In this document: positions 10,014 to 19,658 of the stretch, piece after piece
How positions within the stretch are numbered: the stretch's first letter is position 1
Layout of the letters: each line of letters opens with the position of its first letter
NCBI GenBank assembly: GCA_963736855.1
Contig: CAVTQK010000020.1
Span: 64,001 to 128,000 of the forward strand
DNA from: an uncultured delta proteobacterium
Lineage (GTDB): Bacteria; Desulfobacterota; Desulfobacteria; Desulfobacterales; UBA2156
Length of the DNA: 64,000 bases
Reading direction: 5' to 3'
Made by a program: the position numbers and the translations under genes
Notes under the pieces: model-generated
What the model was told of the DNA's origin: nothing
The model's input: only the letters and a program-made list of their open reading frames with translations
Database searches by the model: none

Positions 10014-10559
10014 TTAATGATAATTTTCTGGCTCAGTCTTATCTTGGGTAATTTCATGAACCAATCCCGCTCGCTTAAACGCCCTGAATGTCCGCTCCCG
10101 TATGTCGTCGGTCTTGAGCTGGTAAATCTTTTCCCGGCATTGCATATAATTATTGAAAGCGATCAGGCCGAATACGTCAATCCTCTCCTCAAGCTTTGCA
10201 AACGCATCTTGTAAAGCCGGGCTCTGAAGGGTGTCTCCTAAATCCTGTCTTAGAATTTTTTTAAAATCAAACATGAAACCGATCGCCTGGGAGGGCACAA
10301 AATTCTGAACGGCACGGATGCGGATCATGGGGTCCAGGCATGTGCCGATCTGAAGGGGATCGTTTTCTCCCGCATCCATGAGCCGATCAAAAAGCTCGTC
10401 TAACCCCTTCCTGAAGGTGTTGCCGACCGGGTTCGTGAAGGGATCACTACTGCCTGCGAAAAATCTGGAGCCATCGGCCGAATAGGTCTCGATGACGGAA
10501 TGAAACCATTTTTGAACCAGGTCTTTTTTTCGTTTCCGGAGCAACCGATCCAATTCCAT
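10014..10559 (-). CDS. dsrT: DsrT (RsbRD N-terminal domain-like protein)
   Basis: DPFTNPVG, IRIRAVQNF, AFNNYMQCREKIY; immediately upstream of dsrM, as is typical. Confidence 0.88.
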   Translation of the reverse strand: MELDRLLRKRKKDLVQKWFHSVIETYSADGSRFFAGSSDPFTNPVGNTFRKGLDELFDRLMDAGENDPLQIGTCLDPMIRIRAVQNFVPSQAIGFMFDFKKILRQDLGDTLQSPALQDAFAKLEERIDVFGLIAFNNYMQCREKIYQLKTDDIRERTFRAFKRAGLVHEITQDKTEPENYH

Positions 10560-10663
10560 GATCAGGTGTGACCTTCGAAATTTTGCGCGCTCATTTGGCC
10601 CAACTCAGGAAAGAGCATCTTTTTTCACTTCTTCTTTCCGATAAAAAGAGGTGTAAGGTGCTG

Positions 10664-10692
10664 TCTATAGACAACACGTCTTATCGTGTCAA
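10664..10692 (-). promoter_or_regulatory. Putative sigma-70 promoter for dsrTMKJOP
   Basis: TTGACA-N17-TATAGA on the minus strand; the -10 lies within the perfect palindrome TGTCTATAGACA (10662-10673). Confidence 0.45.
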
Positions 10693-10949
10693 GAAAAAAT
10701 GGAGATCGAAAGGGGTTTTCAAAGGTGGCTAAAAAAGATCCCAACATCAAGACATCTTATGATAATTGGCATTACAAGAAGGTAGTTGCAGCTAACTTCT
10801 GACAAGGCGGGTCACCTTTCGGACGGATCGATTCCAGGCGCAGACTCTTAAAGGATAAACGGCCCCTGGAAACCATGGCGTTATAGGGGAATGCCGACTC
10901 TACGATATCCCGCAATCGGCGTAGGATCCGTATCCGAAAAAAACATCAT

Positions 10950-13289
10950 TTAATCCGCGTATGCACCGTGGCGATTTTGATCCAGAACAGAGCGGATTTG
11001 CTGTAGTATGTCCTTGAGTTGGAACGGTTTGCCGATGAAGCCGGCTGCCCCGGCGTTGAGGATGGCTCTCAGCCGGTCATTTAAGGCAAATCCGCTGGCG
11101 ATGAGAACTCTTACACGGGGATTGATTTTGAGCAGTTCCCGAAGACACCGACCGCCGTCGATCCCGGGCATATTATAGTCCAGGATGACCAAATCGATTA
11201 GATTTTTATGGGTTTTATACAATTCAATGGCCTCTTCCCCGCCAACAGCCTTGAGAACTTTATATCCATACTGCCTTAGGACTTCGTTGCCGATATCCAG
11301 AATAATAGGTTCATCATCCACCAGAAGAATGGTTTCCGATCCGCGAAAAACCAGTTCGGATTCCCGGATCTCTTCAACAACGTCCGGTTGTGCAGGAGAT
11401 TCGGGAACCGGGAAATATATTTTAAATTGGGTGCCCTGGTTCACCCGGCTGTAACAGCTGATATGAGCCCCGTGGTTCTTCACAATGCCATAAACCATGG
11501 CAAGTCCCAAACCCGTTCCTTTGCCTTTTGCTTTGGTGGTAAAAAAGGGTTCGAAAATATGTTCCTGCACCTCTTTCGGCATGCCGCACCCTGTGTCCGA
11601 GACGGAGAGAAGCACATATCTGCCTGGCCTCATTTCCGGAAGGTGCCATGGGGTGCCTGTTTCCACCACGAAGTTCTGGGTGGAAAAAACCAGCTTCCCA
11701 CTATCCGGCATGGCATCTCCGGCGTTGATACTGAGGTTGATGAGGATCTGCTCTATCTGGATCGAATCGGCATGAATCCGGTGAATATTATCGTTTAGAT
11801 AGAGTTCAATTTTTATCGTTTTCGACAGGGTTCGCTCCAGAAGCCGGGCCGTGTTCCTGATTTCATGATTGAGGTCCACAGGGCCCAGCGTGCTCTCCAC
11901 TTTCCTGCTGAAAATCATGAGATGCCGGATGAGGCTACCGGCGCGACTGACTGAACGTTCGATACTTTCCAGGTATTTTCGGCTGGTGTCGTCTTGGTTG
12001 TTTTTCATTAAAAGCAGCTGGGTATATCCGGAGATCCCTTGAAGTGCATTGTTGAAATCGTGGGCGATCCCGCCCGCCAGTGTCCCGATAGCCTCCATTT
12101 TTTGAGAATGGCGGAGCTGTTCTTCCAGCTTCTTCCTCTCTTCCTCGGCCCTTACACGTTCGGTTATATTCCGAACCACACCGCGAAAGCCCACCGGCTT
12201 TCCCTCTTCGTTTTTCATCAATGATGCGGACAGTTCCAAGACAGCCTTTTCCCCGTTGATCCGGATGACCTCATAATTCTCCAAGCGGGCCGGCTGTTGG
12301 GTTTGGCAGATAGTATTGAAAAGCTGATTGATTTTCCGGCTTGTTTCAGGGGTTGTGTATTGCTTGCTGTTCATCCCAAGGAGGTCGTCTCGACCGTATC
12401 CGGTGATCCGACACAGGGATTCATTCGTAAAAGTCAGGTTCCCTGCAAGATCCACCTCAAAATAGCCTTCTTCGATGCTGTTCAAAATGGCTCGATATCT
12501 TTCCTCGCGTTTGCTCAGCGCCTGAAGCGTCATTTCGTTTTCGATGGTTTTTTTCTTAAGTTCGACACAGGTATCATCGAGAAGACGCCTCTCCTGTTGA
12601 ATATATGCCTGGTAATCCTTGACTATGGATTTGAGCTGAGCCGTTTCCATGGCCTGCCCGATTCGACTGGCCAGAATGGACACCATGTTCACGTCATGGC
12701 ACGTGAAAGGGTTGTCGTTTTCTTTTTTTGCTAAATTTAAAACTCCCACAACGGCTTTTTTGTCAAAAATGGGAATGATCGCAAAAGAAGGGGATCCGTA
12801 TCTTGGATTATTGGCTTTCTTAATACGAGGATCGGTTTCGATGTTCTTCACCACCAGCGGCTTTTTGTCGGATATTACACGCTGAATGATGGATTGTTCC
12901 AAATCGATATAAAAAGGGGTTTTGGATTCTGTTTGAAAACCATGATATGCCACTACCTGGAGGCGATTTTCCTTCTTTCCGGCAAGGCACAATGATCCGA
13001 TTTGTGCGCCGGTGAGTTTTATGGCTTTTTCTAAAACAAAATCAACCAGTTGCTGAATAGTCAAATTTTTGTTGAGGGTTTCGAGAAATGCGTTGATTTC
13101 GTTTATTTCGAAAACCTTCCGGTCCAGCTCGGCTGCTAATTTTTTGAGCTTTTCCTGAATTTGCTTTTCGGAAAGGGCCATGTCCCTGATTTTGGCATCT
13201 TTTTCTTCCTCCCCCATCCATTGCTTTTCCATGGACTCCCGGGTTCGGATTTGGGAGGCGGAGGAGACGAAATTATCTTTGTTTTCCAA
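10950..13289 (-). CDS. Cytoplasmic hybrid sensor kinase (GAF-PAS-HisKA-HATPase-REC)
   Basis: H-box [10 protein letters not shown]-box [11 protein letters not shown]-boxes DTGCGM and GTGLGL, receiver ILLVDDE...[12 protein letters not shown] start with GGAGG RBS. No TM helix seen. Confidence 0.92.
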   Translation of the reverse strand: MENKDNFVSSASQIRTRESMEKQWMGEEEKDAKIRDMALSEKQIQEKLKKLAAELDRKVFEINEINAFLETLNKNLTIQQLVDFVLEKAIKLTGAQIGSLCLAGKKENRLQVVAYHGFQTESKTPFYIDLEQSIIQRVISDKKPLVVKNIETDPRIKKANNPRYGSPSFAIIPIFDKKAVVGVLNLAKKENDNPFTCHDVNMVSILASRIGQAMETAQLKSIVKDYQAYIQQERRLLDDTCVELKKKTIENEMTLQALSKREERYRAILNSIEEGYFEVDLAGNLTFTNESLCRITGYGRDDLLGMNSKQYTTPETSRKINQLFNTICQTQQPARLENYEVIRINGEKAVLELSASLMKNEEGKPVGFRGVVRNITERVRAEEERKKLEEQLRHSQKMEAIGTLAGGIAHDFNNALQGISGYTQLLLMKNNQDDTSRKYLESIERSVSRAGSLIRHLMIFSRKVESTLGPVDLNHEIRNTARLLERTLSKTIKIELYLNDNIHRIHADSIQIEQILINLSINAGDAMPDSGKLVFSTQNFVVETGTPWHLPEMRPGRYVLLSVSDTGCGMPKEVQEHIFEPFFTTKAKGKGTGLGLAMVYGIVKNHGAHISCYSRVNQGTQFKIYFPVPESPAQPDVVEEIRESELVFRGSETILLVDDEPIILDIGNEVLRQYGYKVLKAVGGEEAIELYKTHKNLIDLVILDYNMPGIDGGRCLRELLKINPRVRVLIASGFALNDRLRAILNAGAAGFIGKPFQLKDILQQIRSVLDQNRHGAYAD

Positions 13290-13380
13290 AAGGCCTATCT
13301 CCTCCTTTTACCAGAGGCGAAAGCGGTCCCGCAATTATGTCGCAGATGCGGGGAGACGCTTCAGGCAATATGTGATTAAC

Positions 13381-13396
13381 GGCAAATCTCATGCCA
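13381..13396 (-). promoter_or_regulatory. Putative sigma-54 (-24/-12) promoter for the hybrid kinase
   Basis: TGGCAT-GAGAT-TTGCC on the minus strand matches TGGCAC-N5-TTGC, about 90 bp upstream of the start. Confidence 0.7.
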
Positions 13397-13467
13397 TGCA
13401 TAATCCATTGAAATTCAATCCAATAATGCTAACTCCAGCCATCATGTGCCCCAATGTGGTAAAAAGA

Positions 13468-13485
13468 TGCCTGATTTTTTGTGCA
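13468..13485. promoter_or_regulatory. Putative enhancer (UAS) for the NtrC-type activator
   Basis: TGCCTGATTTTTTGTGCA; its reverse complement TGCACAAAAAATCAGGCA closely resembles the box at 15085-15102. About 70-90 bp upstream of the sigma-54 site. Confidence 0.55.
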
Positions 13486-13533
13486 TGGAAAAAGGGCACT
13501 CAATAAGAATGAAGGCAATTTGGAAAGTAATGC

Positions 13534-14889
13534 TCATTGTGATTGCTCTTTGGCATGGGTCTTGGCCAGCAGCGTGTTGCGATGAATGCCGAGTTTTTCG
13601 GCTGCCTTGGTTTTATTTCCCCCCACGTCTTCCAGGACTTCGGCAATGTAATGCTTTTCAAAGGCATTGATGGCGTCTTTGAGCGGAAGATCCTTGATCC
13701 CTGTTTTTAGGGAACCTGTAAGGGGTGGCAAAGCCTTGGCATGAATTAACGGATCTTTGGTGATGGTCACCAGGCGCTCCACCAAGTTCTGAAGTTCTCT
13801 GACGTTCCCGGGCCAGTCATAATTCATCAGGGTTTTAACCGCTTCTCCGGAAAATCGTATTTTTGCTTTTCCGGTTTGTTTGGCATAAAGATCGACGAAA
13901 TGCTCCAGCAGCAGGGGAATGTCCGATTTCCGATCTCTCAAGGGGGGGATCTTAACAGGGAATACATTGATCCGATAAAACAGGTCGTCGCGAAACTCAC
14001 CGTTTTCGACCAACTCCGCAAGGTTTTTATTGGAGGCTGCGATGAACCGCACGTCCACCTTAATCACCTTGTTACTCCCCAGGCGTTCAAACTCCCGCTC
14101 CTGGATGATCCTGAGAAGTTTGGCCTGCATCTTCAGGTCAAGGGAGTCGATATCGTCTAAAAATGCGGTTCCTTTGTTGGCCATCTCGAGCTTTCCGATG
14201 CGTGTGGAGAGCGCGCCGGTAAATGCTCCTTTATTGTATCCGAAGACCTCGCTCTCCATGAGAGTAAGGGGAATGGCAGCACAATTGACGACTACAAAGG
14301 GATCTCCTTTCCGGTGGCTTCGATTGTGCAACGCCCTGGCAACCAGTTCCTTTCCGGTTCCGCTTTCCCCCTGAATCAAGACCGTGCCGTCGCTTTGGGA
14401 GATCGTAGAAATAAAGTCGAATACCTTTTTCATTTTTGGGTCTTCGCCCACCATCATCTCAAAGGGACGGACCCGTTCAAGTTCGGTTTTCAGGTAAGCG
14501 ATCTCCTGGGTCATGGAGCGTTTTTCCAGGGCTCTCTGAATGACGGCCAAGATATCGTCCACGGTGAACGGCTTCATGATGTATTCATAAGCACCCAGCT
14601 TGATGGCCTTGACGGCAATGGGAACTTCCTTCACCGCGGTGACCATGATCATCTCGACGGTCGGATCGATCTCTTTGAATTTCTCTAAAAGATCGAGTCC
14701 TCCCATATCCGGCAGCAGGATATCGAGAAGGACCAGGTCAACAGCGTGAGATTTGAAACAATCCAAGGCTTCGGATCCTGAAGAGGCAATGAGGATATGG
14801 TAATCCTCTTTTAAAATCATGTTGAAGGATTGGCGAATGCCGGCTTCGTCATCGACCACCAGGATCGTTGCTTTTTTCGTTAAATTCAT
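13534..14889 (-). CDS. Sigma-54-dependent response regulator (REC-AAA+-Fis HTH, NtrC/AtoC family)
   Basis: ILVVDDE receiver, GESGTGKE, GAFTGA, WPGNVRELQN and the HTH GNKTKAAEKLGIHRNTL. Confidence 0.95.
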   Translation of the reverse strand: MNLTKKATILVVDDEAGIRQSFNMILKEDYHILIASSGSEALDCFKSHAVDLVLLDILLPDMGGLDLLEKFKEIDPTVEMIMVTAVKEVPIAVKAIKLGAYEYIMKPFTVDDILAVIQRALEKRSMTQEIAYLKTELERVRPFEMMVGEDPKMKKVFDFISTISQSDGTVLIQGESGTGKELVARALHNRSHRKGDPFVVVNCAAIPLTLMESEVFGYNKGAFTGALSTRIGKLEMANKGTAFLDDIDSLDLKMQAKLLRIIQEREFERLGSNKVIKVDVRFIAASNKNLAELVENGEFRDDLFYRINVFPVKIPPLRDRKSDIPLLLEHFVDLYAKQTGKAKIRFSGEAVKTLMNYDWPGNVRELQNLVERLVTITKDPLIHAKALPPLTGSLKTGIKDLPLKDAINAFEKHYIAEVLEDVGGNKTKAAEKLGIHRNTLLAKTHAKEQSQ

Positions 14890-15062
14890 GAGACTCCTGA
14901 ACTTACAGGCGAACCGGCCTGGAAAAGAATCTGAGGTCCGTGGATGAATTTTTGTATATCATAATTTTCAGAAAATGTTATCCTTTTTTTATTATTTCCA
15001 TATCATGTCGTTACAGGCCAAGTGCTTTTTCAGAATCCTTTCAAACCAAATAAACCCACAAA

Positions 15063-15102
15063 TGCACAGATTTCTGGGCAACATTGCACAAAAATCAGGG
15101 CG
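15063..15102. promoter_or_regulatory. Tandem putative enhancer boxes (UAS)
   Basis: TGCACAGATTTCTGGGCA (near-palindrome) and TGCACAAAAATCAGGGCG, starts 22 bp apart, about 160-200 bp upstream of a sigma-54-like site. Confidence 0.55.
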
Positions 15103-15263
15103 GCTTTCTGTCTCTATAAAATCCTTTTGAACGCTTTTTCTTTATGCTATGTTATTAAAGTCTTTCCTCGCTTCTAACTGCTTGCTGGGCAGGGTTTTTT
15201 TAAATCACAGGGAAACGAAACTTTTTTTTTAAAGATAAAAAAAAGATCTGTTTTTTGAAAAGA

Positions 15264-15279
15264 TGGCACGAATATTGAG
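15264..15279 (+). promoter_or_regulatory. Putative sigma-54 promoter for the acyltransferase operon
   Basis: TGGCAC-GAATA-TTGAG: perfect -24 element, -12 is TTGA instead of TTGC; about 60 bp before ATG 15341. Confidence 0.55.
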
Positions 15280-15340
15280 AAGCTATTTTTGATTATCAAA
15301 ATTTTTTAGTCAATATTGGACAGGCGATAACAAAAACGTC

Positions 15341-16312
15341 ATGCAGCTCAGTACATTCCTGCAATCCAAAACCAATCTTTTTATATGCCGAACACTGGGA
15401 TGGCGCTTCAGCTACGGTTATATTGCCTTTTTAGGTAAACTTTACTTTTTTTTCAGACGAAAAGAAAGAAAAACCATCAAACATGCGATTCGCGCAGTCT
15501 TTTTAGGTCAAAAGAGCAAAGCCGAGATCCGGAAAACCACCCGGGCAGTCTTTCGTGGCATCATCTCCCATTATTTTGAAAAGTTGTTTAATGCGTACTC
15601 ATCTGCGGAATTGTTAAGGGCCTTTTTAGAAAGCCACATCCAATGTGACAACATCAAAATCATGAAGGAATCGCTTTCTGAGGGAAAAGGCGCGCTTTTG
15701 ATCACCGGGCATTTCGGGGGCGTGGAATTTATCCCCGGCTACCTCGGTGTCAACCAGATCCCCGTTTCCATAATCGCCAAATTCAAGACCGACCACCTTC
15801 GGCAGACGCTGTTCGATAAGTGCTCCGCCTTTTCCACCCGCATCATCGATCCCAACCTGACTCCCAATGTGATCAAGGAAATCTGTTCGAACTTAAAGGA
15901 AAACCGAATCGTCGTCACTCAGTGTGACGAGATCGAAGAGTGGCGCCCCTCAAAGCAAGATAATATCTTTTTTCTTGGAAAGCTCGTTTGGCTGGATAAG
16001 ACCATGAATATATTGACAAAGCGGACTCAAGCCGCCATCTTGTTCGGACTGATGCACCGATCCAAGAACAGCGGATATGAATTCATCGTCACCTCCATAG
16101 ATGAGATGGCAAAACAGCTCAAACAGCACGCCGAAGCATCGTTAGGAGAAATTCTTTTAAAAGGCCTGGAAAGTTTTATTTATCAGTATCCGGAAGACTG
16201 GTACGAGTGGAAAAAATACTTCCGCTTGGAAACCATTCCTTCCGAACAGACTCCTCAAGAACCTCTCGTGCCGGAACCGCTGTATGGTGCCACCGTGCTG
16301 AAGCCGACATGA
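15341..16312 (+). CDS. LpxL/HtrB-like (lysophospholipid) acyltransferase family protein
   Basis: GKGALLITGHFGGVE (Hx4E motif), VTQCDE, FFLGK and the C-terminal IYQYPEDWYEW block typical of the lipid A acyltransferase family. Confidence 0.75.
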   Translation: MQLSTFLQSKTNLFICRTLGWRFSYGYIAFLGKLYFFFRRKERKTIKHAIRAVFLGQKSKAEIRKTTRAVFRGIISHYFEKLFNAYSSAELLRAFLESHIQCDNIKIMKESLSEGKGALLITGHFGGVEFIPGYLGVNQIPVSIIAKFKTDHLRQTLFDKCSAFSTRIIDPNLTPNVIKEICSNLKENRIVVTQCDEIEEWRPSKQDNIFFLGKLVWLDKTMNILTKRTQAAILFGLMHRSKNSGYEFIVTSIDEMAKQLKQHAEASLGEILLKGLESFIYQYPEDWYEWKKYFRLETIPSEQTPQEPLVPEPLYGATVLKPT

Positions 16313-16366
16313 AAAACGATCCTTTCACCACACCCCTGATAATCACCTTCAGTCGAACCCGTTGAT

Positions 16367-18376
16367 ATGGAAAAAGAGGTCAATTGCACCAACTCGGGCG
16401 TTGTCGTCAGTTACATTAAAACACACGCCAAAAATCGTCTTCCGGAACTTCTTGAGGACCTGCACCCGGAAATTGACACCCTTCCCGATCCTGAAGCATT
16501 TCTCAGCGATCCCAACAATTGGATATCAAGCGACATTATTATAAAACTTTACGAGCGGCTAAAATAATACTTAATGATGACTTGGCGCCCTTCTATATCG
16601 CCAAATTTGCTATTGAAAAAACAAATCTCGGATTTAAAGGCATTATTGTTAAGATCTTCAGTTCGTTTGACATGGCTTTAAAAAATGCCCAGCGAATCAA
16701 TGCCAAATGGAATAGAACAAAAGTGGTGGATTTGGTTAAAAAAGATCAATTCTTCGGCGATTATTCGACTGCATTGGCATCCTGAAACTTCGGTTAATAA
16801 AGATGTTTGCCTGTATAATAAAGGGATTTACACTTTCATGCCTACCCTCTGGGGACAGGGACCTCTTCAACTGACAGAGGATGCATGCTACTTTGAAGGA
16901 GCTCCATATTGTGAATACAACCTGCAATGGGCGGAGCGGAAAAAGCTTCTTAGTTTCGTAGGAGATTTCTTTCGATCCAAGTCCGTCCTCTTGGAAACCA
17001 TTAAGGAAATCGAAAAAGACAAAGATATTATCGAACAGAAATACGAAGAAGTCAATCGTCTCAATATCGTATTGAACCGCAAGATCAAACAGCTCACCGC
17101 CATCCAGGAGACCGGGAAGGCCATCTTTCCATACTGGATTTGGAGCAACTGCTCACGGTGATCATGAATCTTTTAGCCACCGTTTGCCGGATTCGGCGGG
17201 CCACCATCATGCTGATCAACGAGGAAGAGAAGTGCCTCGAATATATCTATGGCACGGGATTCGGCGAAGAAGTTCCTGATGAAATAAAAAATTATCGAGT
17301 CCCCATGAACCGGCTCAGCAACATCCTGGCACGAGTGGCCAGTACCGGACAGTCCGAATATATCCCGGAAGTCAAGGGCTCCAGCCTCCGGAAGGGAAAC
17401 GTTCTTTTAGCGCGGGCGAACCCGACTTCGGTATATGTAGTGCCGCTGATTACCCGATCCAAGGTGATCGGGATCATCGCCACCGATGCTGTGGAAGATC
17501 ACGGGATCCCCGAAGAAACCCGTCAGACCCTGGATGTATTTACGCCGCAGATTGCCATCGCCATTCAAAACGCGCGGTTATATCAGAACCTTCAACAGCG
17601 GATGAAGGAGCTGAACCAATCCCGGGCCCTTTTGAGTCGGACGGAAAAACTCTCTTTTTTAGGAAACGTGGCGGCAAGACTTGCCCACGAAATCAAGAAT
17701 CCCCTCACCGCCATCGGTACTTTTATCCAGATGCTCCCGAAAAAGTTCGACGATTCCGAATTTCGAAACGAATTTTATCATATTGCCCTGGAGGAAACCA
17801 ACCGCGTAAACAACCTGATCACCGAATTGCTGGATCTCACAAAGACTAAGGAATCCCATTTCGAGTTGGAAAGCCTTCACTTGCTCATCGAAAAAATGGT
17901 GATGCTGGTCACTCCCCAGAGCAAAGGGAAAAGGCATCGACTTTTTCATATCTTTGGACCCGTCGATTGAAAAAATTTGGATGGATGCCGAAAAAATGAA
18001 GCAGGTCATCCTGAACCTGCTTTCCAATGCCATTGAATTTACTCCGGAAAAGGGGAAAATCAATATTGAGACCCGGCGACGTCAGTTAAAAGGGAAACCG
18101 GAGGCGATCCAGATTAAAATCCGGGATACCGGCATCGGTATCCCCAAATCGAACATGGACCTGATCTTCGACCCCTATTTTACCACCAAACATAAGAGCT
18201 CCATGCACAATGGTACCGGCCTGGGCCTTTTTATCGCGCACCAGAACATGCAGGACCACAGCGGCAACATCGAAGTGGAAAGCATCATCAACAAAGGGAC
18301 TACGTTCACGCTGACCCTTCCCGCGATAACCGAAGAACAATCCACTTTTTCCAAAACCTATGAAAAGGACATCTGA
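16367..18376 (+). CDS. Cytoplasmic sensor histidine kinase (HNOB/V4R-like N-terminus, GAF, HisKA, HATPase), split by four frameshifts
   Basis: Five overlapping ORFs join into one protein with ACYFEGAPYCEYNLQW (V4R-like), a GAF domain, AHEIKNPL, NLLSNAIEF, DTGIGI and GTGLGL. Breaks near 16557, 16740, 17125 and 17930. Assembly error versus pseudogene is unresolved. Confidence 0.8.
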
Positions 18377-18385
18377 AAGTTCTCG

Positions 18386-19528
18386 ATGCACGTCGAAAAA
18401 GTAAATATTTATCAGATCGCACTTCCCTTTGCGAGTCATTTCCCACATGCATTGAACAAAGGCGGGCATGCTCAAAACGTCGTCTGTGAAATCATCGCGA
18501 AAGGTGGAACGATTCGAGGTTATGGGGAAGGCGCTCCGAGGACCTATGTTACCGGGGAAACACCAAATAGCACGATGCGGGACATCGCCCGGTTTGTCAA
18601 ACTCGAAAAATTTCCCAGGGAAATGAAACAAATTTCCCAAGTTTGGGATTTTATCGACAGTCTTCCCAAGGATAAAGGTCATAACGCTGCTGTATGCGCT
18701 TTAGAATGCGCTTTGTTGGATGCTTTCGGAAAAAAAGAAGGCCGATACCTAACAATATACTTTTCGGGTGCTTTCGCCACAGAGACGGTCCACTACGGTA
18801 CGACTATTCCCCTTTTGGATACAAAGGCTATCGAACTATTATGCCGTCAGATTAAAGAGTATAAAATCAAAAAAGTGAGGCTCAAAGTTGGGAATAATTT
18901 TTTTCAAAACCAAGCTAATTTCGAATCTATACAAAATATTTTTTGCGATAGCTACGATTTGAAAATCGACGCAAATGGTTCCTGGAGCAGATCAGATGCC
19001 TTCGATCACATCCCATTGATTGAGAAATACCACGTCAAGGTAGTCGAACAACCCATGAGCCCAAAAGATCCCGCGCTCATCGATTTTTCAAGACAAATGA
19101 ATCGTTCAAAAATCTTTGTAATGGCCGATGAATCAGTCTGTTCCTTCGAAGATATCCAGATAAGTATTGATCAGGGATTTACTATGGTCAATATTCGGTT
19201 GTCCAAGTGTGGAGGATTCAGAAGATCACTTCAGATGATTGAATTTGCCAGGAAGAAAAACCTTCGATTCCAAATCGGATGTCACCTCGGGGAGTCCGGA
19301 ATCCTTTCCGCCGCGGGACGAGTCTTGGCGTTATTATGCAAAGATGCCATCTATTATGACGGATCCTATGATGCCTATCTGCTTAAACAAAATATCACTA
19401 CCCATCCTGTTTCATTCGGATTGGGCGGAAAGGCGGAAGCGCTTCAAGGATCCGGGCTAGGGGTAGAAGTGGATCTTCAAAGTCTCAGAAGTCTCTGCGA
19501 TGCCTTTATTATTGTTAATGCCCTCTAA
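18386..19528 (+). CDS. Enolase-superfamily enzyme, muconate-lactonizing/dipeptide-epimerase subgroup
   Basis: GYGEGAPR capping domain; barrel motifs RLKVG, DANG, EQP, ADES and NIRLSKCGG. Confidence 0.8.
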   Translation: MHVEKVNIYQIALPFASHFPHALNKGGHAQNVVCEIIAKGGTIRGYGEGAPRTYVTGETPNSTMRDIARFVKLEKFPREMKQISQVWDFIDSLPKDKGHNAAVCALECALLDAFGKKEGRYLTIYFSGAFATETVHYGTTIPLLDTKAIELLCRQIKEYKIKKVRLKVGNNFFQNQANFESIQNIFCDSYDLKIDANGSWSRSDAFDHIPLIEKYHVKVVEQPMSPKDPALIDFSRQMNRSKIFVMADESVCSFEDIQISIDQGFTMVNIRLSKCGGFRRSLQMIEFARKKNLRFQIGCHLGESGILSAAGRVLALLCKDAIYYDGSYDAYLLKQNITTHPVSFGLGGKAEALQGSGLGVEVDLQSLRSLCDAFIIVNAL

Positions 19529-19658
19529 ACCACTCGAACTAAGCTGTACGCTGGAATTCTAACTTCAATTTACTTCTCTTGAAACTCGACAGGGTTTCAT
19601 ATATGTGAACTTGAGCCTAAAGGCAGCAAAAATTTAATCGCTTTGGAGAAAACTGAGC

